A stretch of DNA of 64,000 nucleotides, taken from contig CBDFJF010000001.1 in the NCBI GenBank assembly GCA_965248265.1, positions 1,728,001-1,792,000 of the forward strand, given 5' to 3'. Source of the stretch: Candidatus Latescibacterota bacterium (GTDB lineage Bacteria; Latescibacterota; UBA2968; UBA8231). The notes under the pieces are model-generated. The model searched no databases, was not told where the DNA came from, and worked only from the letters and a program-made list of their open reading frames with translations. Below, piece by piece: positions 10,639-20,186 of the stretch. Within the stretch, counting starts at the first letter, position 1, and each line of letters begins with the position of its first letter. The translations under genes and the position numbers were made by a program.

Positions 10639-11651
10639 AGGTTCTGGTCACAGGGGGTGCCGGCTTCATCGGCTCTCACACTTGCGTCGAGTTGCTGCAC
10701 GCCGGTTTCGAGGTCGTTGTCGTCGACAATTTGTTCAATAGCGATGCTGCGGCGGTAAGGCGAGTCGAGGAAATAGCCGGATGCGACCTTGTCTTCGCGG
10801 AAATCGACGTCCTCGATCGGACTGCGCTTCGAACAGTCTTCGCCGACAGCCAGCCTGAGGCTGTCATTCACTTTGCCGGGCTCAAAGCTGTCGGCGAATC
10901 CGTCGCTGAGCCACTGCGTTACTATCGAAACAACGTCACCTCGACCGTCGTGCTCTGCGAGGTCATGCGTGAACACGGCGTCAGCAATCTCGTGTTCAGT
11001 TCCTCAGCGACCGTCTATGGTGATCCCGATTCCGTGCCGATCCGCGAGGATGCCGTGCTCAATCCGACCAATCCGTATGGCCGTTCCAAGCTGATGATAG
11101 AGGAGATTCTGCGAGATCTCCACGTGTCAGCCTCCGACTGGAACATCGCCCTGCTGCGCTATTTCAATCCAGTGGGCGCGCACCCCAGCGGCCGTATCGG
11201 CGAAGATCCCAACGGCATTCCCAACAACCTGTTTCCCTACGTCACCCAGGTCGCCGTGGGCAAGCTGGCGGAAGTGTCCGTATTGGGCGACGACTATCCG
11301 ACGCCGGACGGTACGGGAGTGCGCGATTATATCCATGTCGTCGACCTTGCGCTCGGTCACCTCAAAGCCCTCGAGGCCCTAAACCGAGGTAGCGGGATGC
11401 AGACCTACAACCTGGGGACCGGCAAAGGCTACAGCGTTCTGGAAGTCCTCACAGCTTTTGAGAAAGCTTCGGGACACGACATACCTCGCCGCATCGTTCC
11501 TAGACGACCCGGCGATGTCGCCACCAGTTACGCCGATCCCTCGAAAGCTCATGCGGATCTCGATTGGCGAGCCGAACGCGACCTCGAGCAGATGTGCACG
11601 GATGCCTGGAACTGGCAACGACAGAACCCGGACGGCTACGCCCATGGCTGA
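10635..11651 (+). CDS. galE: UDP-glucose 4-epimerase
   Basis: GGAGFIGSH, HFAGLKAVGES, YGRSK, LRYFNPVGAH, DGTGVRDYIHV. Confidence 0.96.
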   Translation: MKVLVTGGAGFIGSHTCVELLHAGFEVVVVDNLFNSDAAAVRRVEEIAGCDLVFAEIDVLDRTALRTVFADSQPEAVIHFAGLKAVGESVAEPLRYYRNNVTSTVVLCEVMREHGVSNLVFSSSATVYGDPDSVPIREDAVLNPTNPYGRSKLMIEEILRDLHVSASDWNIALLRYFNPVGAHPSGRIGEDPNGIPNNLFPYVTQVAVGKLAEVSVLGDDYPTPDGTGVRDYIHVVDLALGHLKALEALNRGSGMQTYNLGTGKGYSVLEVLTAFEKASGHDIPRRIVPRRPGDVATSYADPSKAHADLDWRAERDLEQMCTDAWNWQRQNPDGYAHG

Positions 11652-12408
11652 GAACAGACGCCGCCGCACCCCAGATGGACGCCCGGAGACCCGCAGACTC
11701 GATGACATGCTCCAACAAGCCGTCGAGGGCGAGGACCTGACAAAACTGCCTGGCTACGGCAAGCCGGTCGACCTGAAGGGATACTCCACCAGCGACCCGG
11801 AGACCCGTGTTGCCAGCAAATTACTCGGCGACAACAACGTGCTGCCCCAGCCCCTGCAGGATCGCGTGGATGCCGAGAACCTGCGCCAGGAAGCCGACGA
11901 GTATCTCAAGGGTGAGGTTGAGCATCTGCGGGAAATGAAGCACGGAATCGAACCCGCGGCAGCCGCCTTCACGGCTCCGTTTCCCGATCGTCAAGCAATC
12001 CTCGACCTACTCGGCACGGAGAGCTGGCCATCCTACTTGCCCGAGCCGTCAGGCGCAGAACTGCAACGCCGCCAGACCTTCAAGCAGATGGGCAAGGTAT
12101 TGCTCGAGCAGGTATCGGGATATAACCGTCGCTTCGAGGTCGTCGTCTCGCAATACCTCGGGTGCCTGCAGCGCTACAATGACTGTGTCGAGCGAGTCAG
12201 CAAGCAGATCTCGCTGGCGCCCGGCCTGCCAACCGGGCCGACCGTACGGGCTGCTGATTTGGTTCAAGAAGAAGAAACGGCTCGGGCAAAACTCGGATCA
12301 CCGCTTGCGGCGTTGCCCACAGACATCGAACAGAGACTGGATCGATACCACCGCAGTGTCAGCCCATCCGCCTGGCAGCGGTTGATGTTCACTTTGCGCG
12401 GAAGCTGA
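11644..12408 (+). CDS. DUF1992 (DnaJ-associated domain)-like protein
   Basis: G..LPGYGKPVDL...KLLGDNNVLP motif; ATG overlaps galE end. Confidence 0.65.
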   Translation: MAENRRRRTPDGRPETRRLDDMLQQAVEGEDLTKLPGYGKPVDLKGYSTSDPETRVASKLLGDNNVLPQPLQDRVDAENLRQEADEYLKGEVEHLREMKHGIEPAAAAFTAPFPDRQAILDLLGTESWPSYLPEPSGAELQRRQTFKQMGKVLLEQVSGYNRRFEVVVSQYLGCLQRYNDCVERVSKQISLAPGLPTGPTVRAADLVQEEETARAKLGSPLAALPTDIEQRLDRYHRSVSPSAWQRLMFTLRGS

Positions 12409-12409
12409 C

Positions 12410-14419
12410 TCAACGGCGTTTCCTCGCTTTCTTCATTTTCCGTCCGCCGGGCTTCCCCCGTCCACCGCTGCCTTTGCGCTTGCCCCTGTCCTTGTCTCTC
12501 GCCGGCTTCTCGGATTCGCGCTTCGACGGCGCAGGGCGCTCGGCCAGCTCATAGTTGATCCGTCGATTGGGCAGATCGACCCGCACCATCTTGACCTTGA
12601 GCTCATCTCCCAGGGTCCAGCGCACCCCGGTGCTGCGGCCGACTATGGTTTGAGTTTCACTCCATACTTCGAAGTACTCACCACCACCTCTACCCAACGA
12701 CTCCATCGGGATGAGACCTTCGGCGAAAAAATCGTCCGGGCGCACGAACAAACCGGCTGTATGAACGCCGACGACTCGCGCCGCGAATACCTCCCCGACT
12801 CGCTTGCACGCCAACAGACAGGCTGCCAGGTGATCGATCTCGCGTTCGGCGCTCACGGCTCGGCGCTCTGTTTCCGAGCAGCGCTGTGCCGCGGCGTCGA
12901 GCCCGCGCAACACGGAACGGCCTTGCCAATGGTTCCACAATGCTCGATGCACCAGCAGGTCGGGATAGCGTCGAATCGGTGAAGTGAAATGGGCATAGGC
13001 TTCGGATGCCAGACCGAAGTGCAGAGATACCTGCGCCGAGTAATAGGCCTGCGACAACGTGCGCAGCAGCAGCAGCTGACCGGCCTCCGCCTGCGGAGCC
13101 TGTTTCAGACCCCGGACGAAGCGCGCCAGGCTCTTTGGATTATCGCGGTCCTTGGCCTGCAGTCTGAAGCCGAAGCTGTTCGCCCAGCCCTCCAACAGCT
13201 CCCACTTTTCCGGAGGCGGCGGTGGGTGGACGCGGTAAACACCTGCCAGACCCTGCTTGAGCAGGTACTCGGCGACCGACTCGTTCGCCGCGATCATGAG
13301 ATCCTCGATCACGTGGTGAGCTTCGTGCGATGTGCGAGGCACGATGTTCGTGGGCTCACCGTCGTCGTTGATGACGACGCGGGCCTCGGCGATGTCGAGA
13401 TCCAGTGATCCCCTGTGGAATCGCCGCCCGCGCAGCAAACGCGACACCGCGATGGCCTGCCGGACAACCTGCGCCGTCTCCTTGGGAACGGCGGCCCGGT
13501 CGCCATCGATGAATCGCTGGACCCGTGTGTAGGTGAGTCTTGCAGCACTGCAGATCAATGTGGGATAGACTCCGACGACGCGTCGGTTGCCATTCTTGTC
13601 CACCAGCATCTCACAGGTGAGTGTCAGACGCGGCTCACCCGGGACTAGCGAACACAAGCCATTGGAAAGGCGTTCGGGAAACATCGGCAGTACCTGCGTC
13701 GCCAGGTAGACACTAGTGCCGCGCACCCTGGCTTCGCGATCCAGCGCCGACCGCGCCTTGGCGTAGGAGGCGACATCCGCGATCGACACCCAAACGCGGT
13801 AACGCTCCCCCTCCTTTTCGACGGACACGGCATCATCGAAGTCGCGCGCGTCCTCACCGTCGATGGTGACGTGGGTGCACTCGCGCAAGTCGCGACGGTC
13901 GTCGGCCGCCAACACCTTGTCCGGCTGCACCTCACCGAAACCATCAGCCTGCGTCATCACATCCGTAGGAAAGTCGATCGGCAAGCCGAGATTGGCGACA
14001 GCCATCTTCAGCTGGGTCGCATCACTGCCGCCACTTCCCAGGCGTTCGACGACCGTCGCCAGGGCCGCGTGGATGTGCGTTTTCGGCTGGGCAATGCGGA
14101 AGCGGATGGCCTCGTCCGCCTCGCACTCATCGCCGGAACCATCACGGACGAACAGAGCCTTGCCATGAGGCTCGGGGTCGATCCAGACTGCGCCGCGCTG
14201 ACGGCGCAACCAGCCGACGCAGGGCTCACGGGGCTCTTCTGCAACCCGGGTACGTCTCTGAGCTGGACGCTTAACCTGCGTCTTCCTGCGTCGAGGCTGC
14301 GAAGCGGGCGGACCGGGGGCTCTCTTGCGCCCGGAGCGCTTCGGGGCCTTGTGACCCGCGGTACGGCTGCGGGCAGACTTACCTTTGCCTCGCGACTTAC
14401 GCGTAGCAGATTTGGCCAC
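12410..14419 (-). CDS. rnr: Ribonuclease R (RNB/VacB family)
   Basis: TIDGEDARDFDDAVS, HFTSPIRRYPDL, C-terminal S1 domain and basic tail. Confidence 0.9.
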   Translation of the reverse strand: MAKSATRKSRGKGKSARSRTAGHKAPKRSGRKRAPGPPASQPRRRKTQVKRPAQRRTRVAEEPREPCVGWLRRQRGAVWIDPEPHGKALFVRDGSGDECEADEAIRFRIAQPKTHIHAALATVVERLGSGGSDATQLKMAVANLGLPIDFPTDVMTQADGFGEVQPDKVLAADDRRDLRECTHVTIDGEDARDFDDAVSVEKEGERYRVWVSIADVASYAKARSALDREARVRGTSVYLATQVLPMFPERLSNGLCSLVPGEPRLTLTCEMLVDKNGNRRVVGVYPTLICSAARLTYTRVQRFIDGDRAAVPKETAQVVRQAIAVSRLLRGRRFHRGSLDLDIAEARVVINDDGEPTNIVPRTSHEAHHVIEDLMIAANESVAEYLLKQGLAGVYRVHPPPPPEKWELLEGWANSFGFRLQAKDRDNPKSLARFVRGLKQAPQAEAGQLLLLRTLSQAYYSAQVSLHFGLASEAYAHFTSPIRRYPDLLVHRALWNHWQGRSVLRGLDAAAQRCSETERRAVSAEREIDHLAACLLACKRVGEVFAARVVGVHTAGLFVRPDDFFAEGLIPMESLGRGGGEYFEVWSETQTIVGRSTGVRWTLGDELKVKMVRVDLPNRRINYELAERPAPSKRESEKPARDKDRGKRKGSGGRGKPGGRKMKKARKRR

Positions 14420-14485
14420 GATGCTCCGTGAAGGTTGGTAAGAGATTCGCGCCAGAGGCAGCGCGAACGGTGAAATGCCAGCCTA

Positions 14486-15895
14486 TCAATCGGTGGCAGA
14501 AGCAGTATCGAGCTTGTCCCCGGGAAACTCGACGGTGAATTGCGTGCCCAGTTGGTTTTGCATCTTGATGCTGCCGTGCAACTGGCTGACGAGGGTGTTG
14601 ATCAGCTGCAGCCCGAGTGACTCTGACGAACGGAAGTCGACCTCGGCCGGAAAGCCGATACCGTCATCGGCAACTTCGAGCGTGTAACCGATGTCCGATT
14701 GCGTCAAACGGACCCGAATCTCACCCTTGCGACCTGAGGGATACGCGTACTTGAGGGAGTTGGAGATGAGCTCGTTGATCATCAGTCCACATGGAATCGC
14801 GTGATCCAGATCCAGGGAAACGTCCTCGACTTCGGAATGAAAGCGAATATCCTGGGGACTGATCTTGTAACTCTTAAACAGGTAGTCCGCCAGGCCTTTC
14901 AGGTACTGGGCGAAATCCACCTTGGCCAGATCATCCGATTGGTAGAGCCGTTCGTGAATCGAAGCCATCGCCCGAATGCGATTGCGGCTGTTTTGAAACA
15001 TTTCCACTATGACCGGATCGGTGATCTGGCGCGTCTGCAGGCTGAGCAGACTGGATATGATTTGCATGTTGTTCTTGACGCGATGATGGATCTCTTTCAG
15101 CAGGACAACCTTCTCGGTGAGTGATTCCGTCAGCATCTTGTTGGCGTCAGAGATCTCCTGCGTCCGTTCTTCAACCCGTTGCTCCATCTCCTCGTCGCGC
15201 TGCTGGATCTGGTGCAACATGTCGTTGAATTCCTCGGTCAAATCACCAAGGTCGTCGTCGGCGAATTTGACGGCACGCAACGAGTAATCCCTGCTCTCCG
15301 AAACCTCGTTGGCCGTGTCGACCAAGTTCTCTATCGGCCGCGCGATCACCCGCAGTACACTCAGAGATATCAGCAGCGCGATGCCCGAGCAGAGTATGAT
15401 AATGACGGCCGTAACGATGACGGAACGCTCAAGCTGGCGGTAGAACAGATCCAGGTCAGCTATGATATGGATCGAGCCGATGAAATCGTCATCCTGGTAA
15501 ATGTGCTTGACCGAGATCACGTAGCTGCTGGTGAATGTGATGTCCTCTACGAGCGGCAGCGGTGGCATCACCAACTCTCCGCCGTCTCGAGAGTACGCGG
15601 CGAACACATCACCGTTTTCATCAAAGAAGCATGCTCCGCGCACATGGGGCTTCGCCGTGAGCGAAGTCAGCGTCGCTTCGGCGTCCCTCGGAACTGCGAA
15701 GCGAATAGCGGCGGCCCCGTTGGCGCCGATGACGTCGGCCGTGTTTTCCAGCTCACTGACCATGAAGTCCCTGAAACTGAGTACTTCGTAGGCGACGATC
15801 GCCACGGAGGCCATCAACATGGCGGCAATCGTCGTCACGATGATGATGATCGTCAGCTTGCGGTGCAGGGGTTGGTTTTGAAATCTCTGCTTCAT
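14486..15895 (-). CDS. Membrane sensor histidine kinase (periplasmic sensor, HAMP, HisKA_2)
   Basis: Two TM segments, HAMP, EIHHRVKNN, NELISNSLKYA, DDGIG, SLGL. Confidence 0.92.
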   Translation of the reverse strand: MKQRFQNQPLHRKLTIIIIVTTIAAMLMASVAIVAYEVLSFRDFMVSELENTADVIGANGAAAIRFAVPRDAEATLTSLTAKPHVRGACFFDENGDVFAAYSRDGGELVMPPLPLVEDITFTSSYVISVKHIYQDDDFIGSIHIIADLDLFYRQLERSVIVTAVIIILCSGIALLISLSVLRVIARPIENLVDTANEVSESRDYSLRAVKFADDDLGDLTEEFNDMLHQIQQRDEEMEQRVEERTQEISDANKMLTESLTEKVVLLKEIHHRVKNNMQIISSLLSLQTRQITDPVIVEMFQNSRNRIRAMASIHERLYQSDDLAKVDFAQYLKGLADYLFKSYKISPQDIRFHSEVEDVSLDLDHAIPCGLMINELISNSLKYAYPSGRKGEIRVRLTQSDIGYTLEVADDGIGFPAEVDFRSSESLGLQLINTLVSQLHGSIKMQNQLGTQFTVEFPGDKLDTASATD

Positions 15896-15903
15896 GCGAA
15901 CCG

Positions 15904-16470
15904 CTATTCGAAGATGCTTTTCGCCAGCTTGAACAGACTGGAACTCAACTCGAGTTGAGCTTCACGGGCGGCAGTGGCGTTTACTTCGAATCCGAGATGA
16001 TCGTCCACCAGCACGAGAGACAGAACGCCTCCCTGGCTCGCGAAGCCTTCGTCTTCACCGACGGAAAGCACATTGAGACTGTCCAGAAGCTGCGGGTAAT
16101 CCTCCGCAAAACGATTGAGACCGTCGATGTTGCAGAACAGCATCTGGCACGGTGCGAAATCCTCTGGACCGTCGAACTCAACGATTCTGATCGGCCGACC
16201 ATGAATGCGTTTGTCCTCCAGAAGTGCAAGAGCCTCGCCAAACGGATTGCCACCCATGATGCCAAAGATGAAGGATGAGTCATCGCTGGCGAAGGCGGAA
16301 TCAGGCCAGGTAACGAATTTCGCGAAGGAATAGATCAGCTCCGTCTTGGCTCGATACTCCTCCGCCTGCGTCACACTGTCGGCACGGCCTTCGCCAACCG
16401 TCAAAAACAACAGCCCAGCGGTTACCAGCGGGATTTTCCATAACCGCAAGAGAGCGAAATGAGAGTTCAT
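15904..16470 (-). CDS. YfiR-family (DUF4154) periplasmic protein
   Basis: Signal peptide; EYRAK..IYSFAKFVTWP, FEVN..AA...L.LSS.L..LA. Confidence 0.88.
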   Translation of the reverse strand: MNSHFALLRLWKIPLVTAGLLFLTVGEGRADSVTQAEEYRAKTELIYSFAKFVTWPDSAFASDDSSFIFGIMGGNPFGEALALLEDKRIHGRPIRIVEFDGPEDFAPCQMLFCNIDGLNRFAEDYPQLLDSLNVLSVGEDEGFASQGGVLSLVLVDDHLGFEVNATAAREAQLELSSSLFKLAKSIFE

Positions 16471-16869
16471 TGACGCCTCAGAATCTACCCTTCCACCTGA
16501 CCCCGAAGCGCCAGACTTCCTTTTTCTGCGGTCCGTTGAGGGACTGGTACACGGGTCCCCCATTCAAATTGTAGTGAGCGGTATACCCTGTAATCAGTAA
16601 TACTGGTAACTTCGAATTCATTCGTCTTCCCTCCGGTGGTGGACACGGCAAAGATACAGGGGTGTCAGGCGATTTCCAAGGAACCAGGTACTTGGAAGTC
16701 CATCATCCGCTCTCTATATTGGAGGCAACTCAACATGGTCGAACCAACAGGACCCGCATCCTCGCAACCGCAGCCGGAAGAAATGCACTGGGCAATCTCT
16801 TACCTTCGCATCGAGATCCGCAATGATCTGCGTGGTCTGCACGAGCGGTTAGACGGGACCAACTCCCGT

Positions 16870-16937
16870 AACTTCTGAATCCGAGTGTTAATCGGATCCG
16901 CCACGTAGATAAACCCCACCTCATCGACCGCCACACC
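16870..16937 (-). pseudogene. Isolated NHL-repeat fragment
   Basis: GVAVDEVGFIYVADPINTRIQKL matches the NHL repeat pattern but has no surrounding gene. Confidence 0.5.
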
Positions 16938-17147
16938 AGATCCTGCAAATACCCGTCCTGTTTTCCGGAAAGACAGCAGTCGACAGAGTTGATTCAGGGG
17001 TGAGATTGCGGAAAAGCGGACACACACCGCAGCAGGCTCCCCTCACATTCGTGCTGATGAGTTAACCGTTTGCAGACACCCCCCGATCGACCATCTACAT
17101 TGCCCAGAGACCAAAGTAGCTCAGACTCCCACGCCGACCACGCTCCA

Positions 17148-18116
17148 ATGATCCCCCACACCCCAAGCGGCCGCCACCACCTAGGCCTCACTCTAGCTTC
17201 ACTGACAACCCTGCAATGGGGCGTCCAGGGAGTCCTCCTCAAGATCCTGATGGGCCCCCTCGATGTCTACACCATCGCCTGGGCGCGGTTCTTCACTTCG
17301 GTCATCATCCTCTGCCCCTTCGTCCTGCGCCGCCAGGTCCTGCGATCGCTGCTGGGAGTGCGGGGCTGGCCGTTGATCTTGCTGTTGACCTGCATCGGTG
17401 CTTCGCTCACTAATCTTCTCACCTTCATGTCCGCGCTGGAGTATTTGTCGCCTGGCACCACCCAGGTCCTGATGCAACTGGCCCCGATGTTGATGCTTCT
17501 GGGCAGCATGGTCCTGTTCGGCGAGTCCTTCACCCGCATGCAATGGATACGTGTGATCGTCCTGGTCGCGGGACTTGCGCTGTTTTTCAGCCCGCGCCGC
17601 GACGAATTCTTCGGCGCCTTCGAATCGTTCGACGTCGGCATCGTGCTCGTTCTCATCGCGGCGCTTACGTGGGCCATATACCTGCTGGCCCAGAAACAGC
17701 TGCTCTCCAGTCTGTCGCCGGTTTCAGTCCTGTTCGGTATTTACCTTACCGGTTTGATTGTCCTTTTTCCCGTCACCCAACTCGGAGACTTTGCCAAACT
17801 CGACGGGCCTCACTGGATCCTCCTGAGCATCAGCTGCGTGATGACGGTGGCCTCCTATTTCTCCTACGCGCATGCGGTCGCGCACGTGGAGGCTTCGCGC
17901 GTCGGCGTCATATTCTCGTCGTCTCCGCTGATCATTTTCCTGATGGCGTGGTTGTTCTCGATCATAATGCCGGGGTCGATAGAGCCAGAGCACCTGACCC
18001 TGGTCAGTCTCACCGGCACCTTGATGGTCGTCGCCGGCTCGGCACTGGGAGCGCTTGGGAGGACGGTCCCCGAAGAGACACACGAAGAGGCGGAGGCCAT
18101 GGCGAGGCCTACCTGA
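17148..18116 (+). CDS. DMT/EamA-family transporter
   Basis: About 10 TM segments in two EamA-like halves. Confidence 0.88.
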   Translation: MIPHTPSGRHHLGLTLASLTTLQWGVQGVLLKILMGPLDVYTIAWARFFTSVIILCPFVLRRQVLRSLLGVRGWPLILLLTCIGASLTNLLTFMSALEYLSPGTTQVLMQLAPMLMLLGSMVLFGESFTRMQWIRVIVLVAGLALFFSPRRDEFFGAFESFDVGIVLVLIAALTWAIYLLAQKQLLSSLSPVSVLFGIYLTGLIVLFPVTQLGDFAKLDGPHWILLSISCVMTVASYFSYAHAVAHVEASRVGVIFSSSPLIIFLMAWLFSIIMPGSIEPEHLTLVSLTGTLMVVAGSALGALGRTVPEETHEEAEAMARPT

Positions 18117-18188
18117 TCTGGCTGCTACAGGACTACGAGGCCAGTCCTGTTTTCATCCCACCGCGATGAAGATGATGTGGGTGTGTCG

Positions 18189-19103
18189 TCATGGTTTGGC
18201 GTAGCCGTCCGGACTGGTGCGTCGCCAGTCCGGCAGGTAGCCCTCCTTTCTTCCGAAGCCGTAGGAAGGCCCGATCTGGTTCTCCGTCCTCCAGGGCCAT
18301 GCCTGTCCTCCGATGACGCGAAACTCATCGCCCTTGCCACGCAGCCAGTAAAACATGTGGGCGACGTAGCGCGCCATCTCATGACCACCGTAGTAGGCCA
18401 TGCTCAGATCGAAGTCCGGCTCCGCGATCCAGTCCTGCTGCGGGGGTACTGTGCGCCAGTAGTTGTACTTGAGCATGTGACGCATTCCAGTGGTGGTGGA
18501 TGCACCGCGGCGGTGCATGATGCTCTGATGATGAAGTCCTAGCGAACCGGCCGGGCCTGCCATAGGAACACCTTCATCATCGTCCTCTACCCTGCTCGGA
18601 CCGATGTGCGTCCCCGGCATGATCTCCGTCGGCCCCAGTTCGACCGGGGTATCCTGTGGGAAGTAGAAGACTTCGACGAATTCAAGCTCAGGGCCGAAGA
18701 TGTGATCGGCATCCTGATGCCAGTCGTGGTGGGGTTTCGGACACTCGACAGCGTGATCGCTCACGATCACCGGTAACCCAACGTTTTTCCCGAGCAGGGA
18801 CCGCATCACCCCGGCTAGATCGGCGTTGAGGAGAACGTGTTCGACGAACCAGCTTTCCAGGCAAATCGTGCTGGGCTCGCGAGACCGACGAATACGCTCC
18901 AGCTCTGCCTCGGTCATCCCATCAGGGACTGTATTCGGATCGGCGGGAATGCGGCCTTCCAGGTACTCGCAAGTGCGCTGGTTAATCTCGTCAGGCACCA
19001 CACCCTTGAGCATCAGATAGCCGTCAAGGCAGAACTGCAGCACCTGGCTGTCTGTCAGAGTGGCTTCGCAGTCGAAGGTGCGCTTGCTCTTGTCGTAGTT
19101 CAA
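18189..19103 (-). CDS. Phytanoyl-CoA dioxygenase (PhyH) family protein
   Basis: WHQD, YFPQDT..LGPT..PGTH, HQSIMHR. Confidence 0.85.
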   Translation of the reverse strand: MNYDKSKRTFDCEATLTDSQVLQFCLDGYLMLKGVVPDEINQRTCEYLEGRIPADPNTVPDGMTEAELERIRRSREPSTICLESWFVEHVLLNADLAGVMRSLLGKNVGLPVIVSDHAVECPKPHHDWHQDADHIFGPELEFVEVFYFPQDTPVELGPTEIMPGTHIGPSRVEDDDEGVPMAGPAGSLGLHHQSIMHRRGASTTTGMRHMLKYNYWRTVPPQQDWIAEPDFDLSMAYYGGHEMARYVAHMFYWLRGKGDEFRVIGGQAWPWRTENQIGPSYGFGRKEGYLPDWRRTSPDGYAKP

Positions 19104-19477
19104 CGTTGATCAGAGGTATCAGTTGAAATCGAGTCCATATAGCCCGTGAAGGAGACTCTTAACTTGGCCATCCTGCGTTCTTCAGCGCCCTTCTATGCGC
19201 CAGACGTGATCGTGACGCGCTAAGTTCGCCGTTCTCGGCGTAGACAACAATAGCCAGAGTCCATGTAGCTGACAATGCAGCATGGCGATTTCCACCAGGT
19301 GTGCAGCCCTCGATGCGACCGCACCCGCACCAATCCGTCGGGCGGTGACCTGCATGACAGGGAAGCGCCTCATCCTGCCGAGGTTCAGATTTCCGGGAAT
19401 GCTGGCAACGTGATGTTGTTCGACAGCCTGCCCGAAAGGTGAAACCACTTGTCCGTCATATGGTGGTATGAATCGGG

Positions 19478-19912
19478 CTAGCTGTCTTTTACCCCAAGAC
19501 GCACGCCCGGCCACTGGTCGTCGCTGGCGGTCACATCCACGGTGATTCCGTCCGGATCCTCCACCTTGAAGGCCCCGTCCTCGAGATTGTGGACGTCCAG
19601 AGGTACCTTGCCGGACAATCCATCCGAGAAGATCTCATAGCCCATGTCCAACAGGCGCTGGGCGGCCGCTTCCAGGTTGTCCGTGCGCACGCCGATGTGC
19701 AGGTAGTCGAGCATGCCGCTGACATGCCCTGGGCGAGATGGCCCGTCATGTTGAAACACGCGGAAGTTGTGATGGCCGTCGCTGAGATCGTAGCGCTTGC
19801 CTTCGTGCTCAACGACCGACAGTCCGAGGCCATCGCGCCAGAATGCGATGGTCTTCTCGATGTCGGTGGCGCGCACGCCGACATGAACGAGTGTTGGAAC
19901 TGGAGTAGGCAC
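19478..19912 (-). CDS. VOC family protein
   Basis: HVGVRATDIEKTIAFW, HIGVR, EDPDGITVD; GTG start with GGAGG RBS. Confidence 0.85.
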   Translation of the reverse strand: MPTPVPTLVHVGVRATDIEKTIAFWRDGLGLSVVEHEGKRYDLSDGHHNFRVFQHDGPSRPGHVSGMLDYLHIGVRTDNLEAAAQRLLDMGYEIFSDGLSGKVPLDVHNLEDGAFKVEDPDGITVDVTASDDQWPGVRLGVKDS

Positions 19913-20186
19913 AGTATTCCTCCCGAGTAGAAGTACTGGAAAACGATGGGCAGCCTCACACTTACGCTGCCTTCCTTTCATCACCATGTTTGAACTTGGT
20001 CGCGGTCGACAGCCTGCTTTGAGTGCCGCCTGAGGTCGATCCGCTGCAAGCGATCCGCTGCAGGCAATCGGACATGAAACGGGCGCCACAAGCCGTCAGC
20101 TGCTGCAATCGGGGAAGGTACTGTAGTCAGCCGGGTACCGGAACCCCGGCAGCCCGGCCGGGAAACTCATCATCATCGGAAGATCC

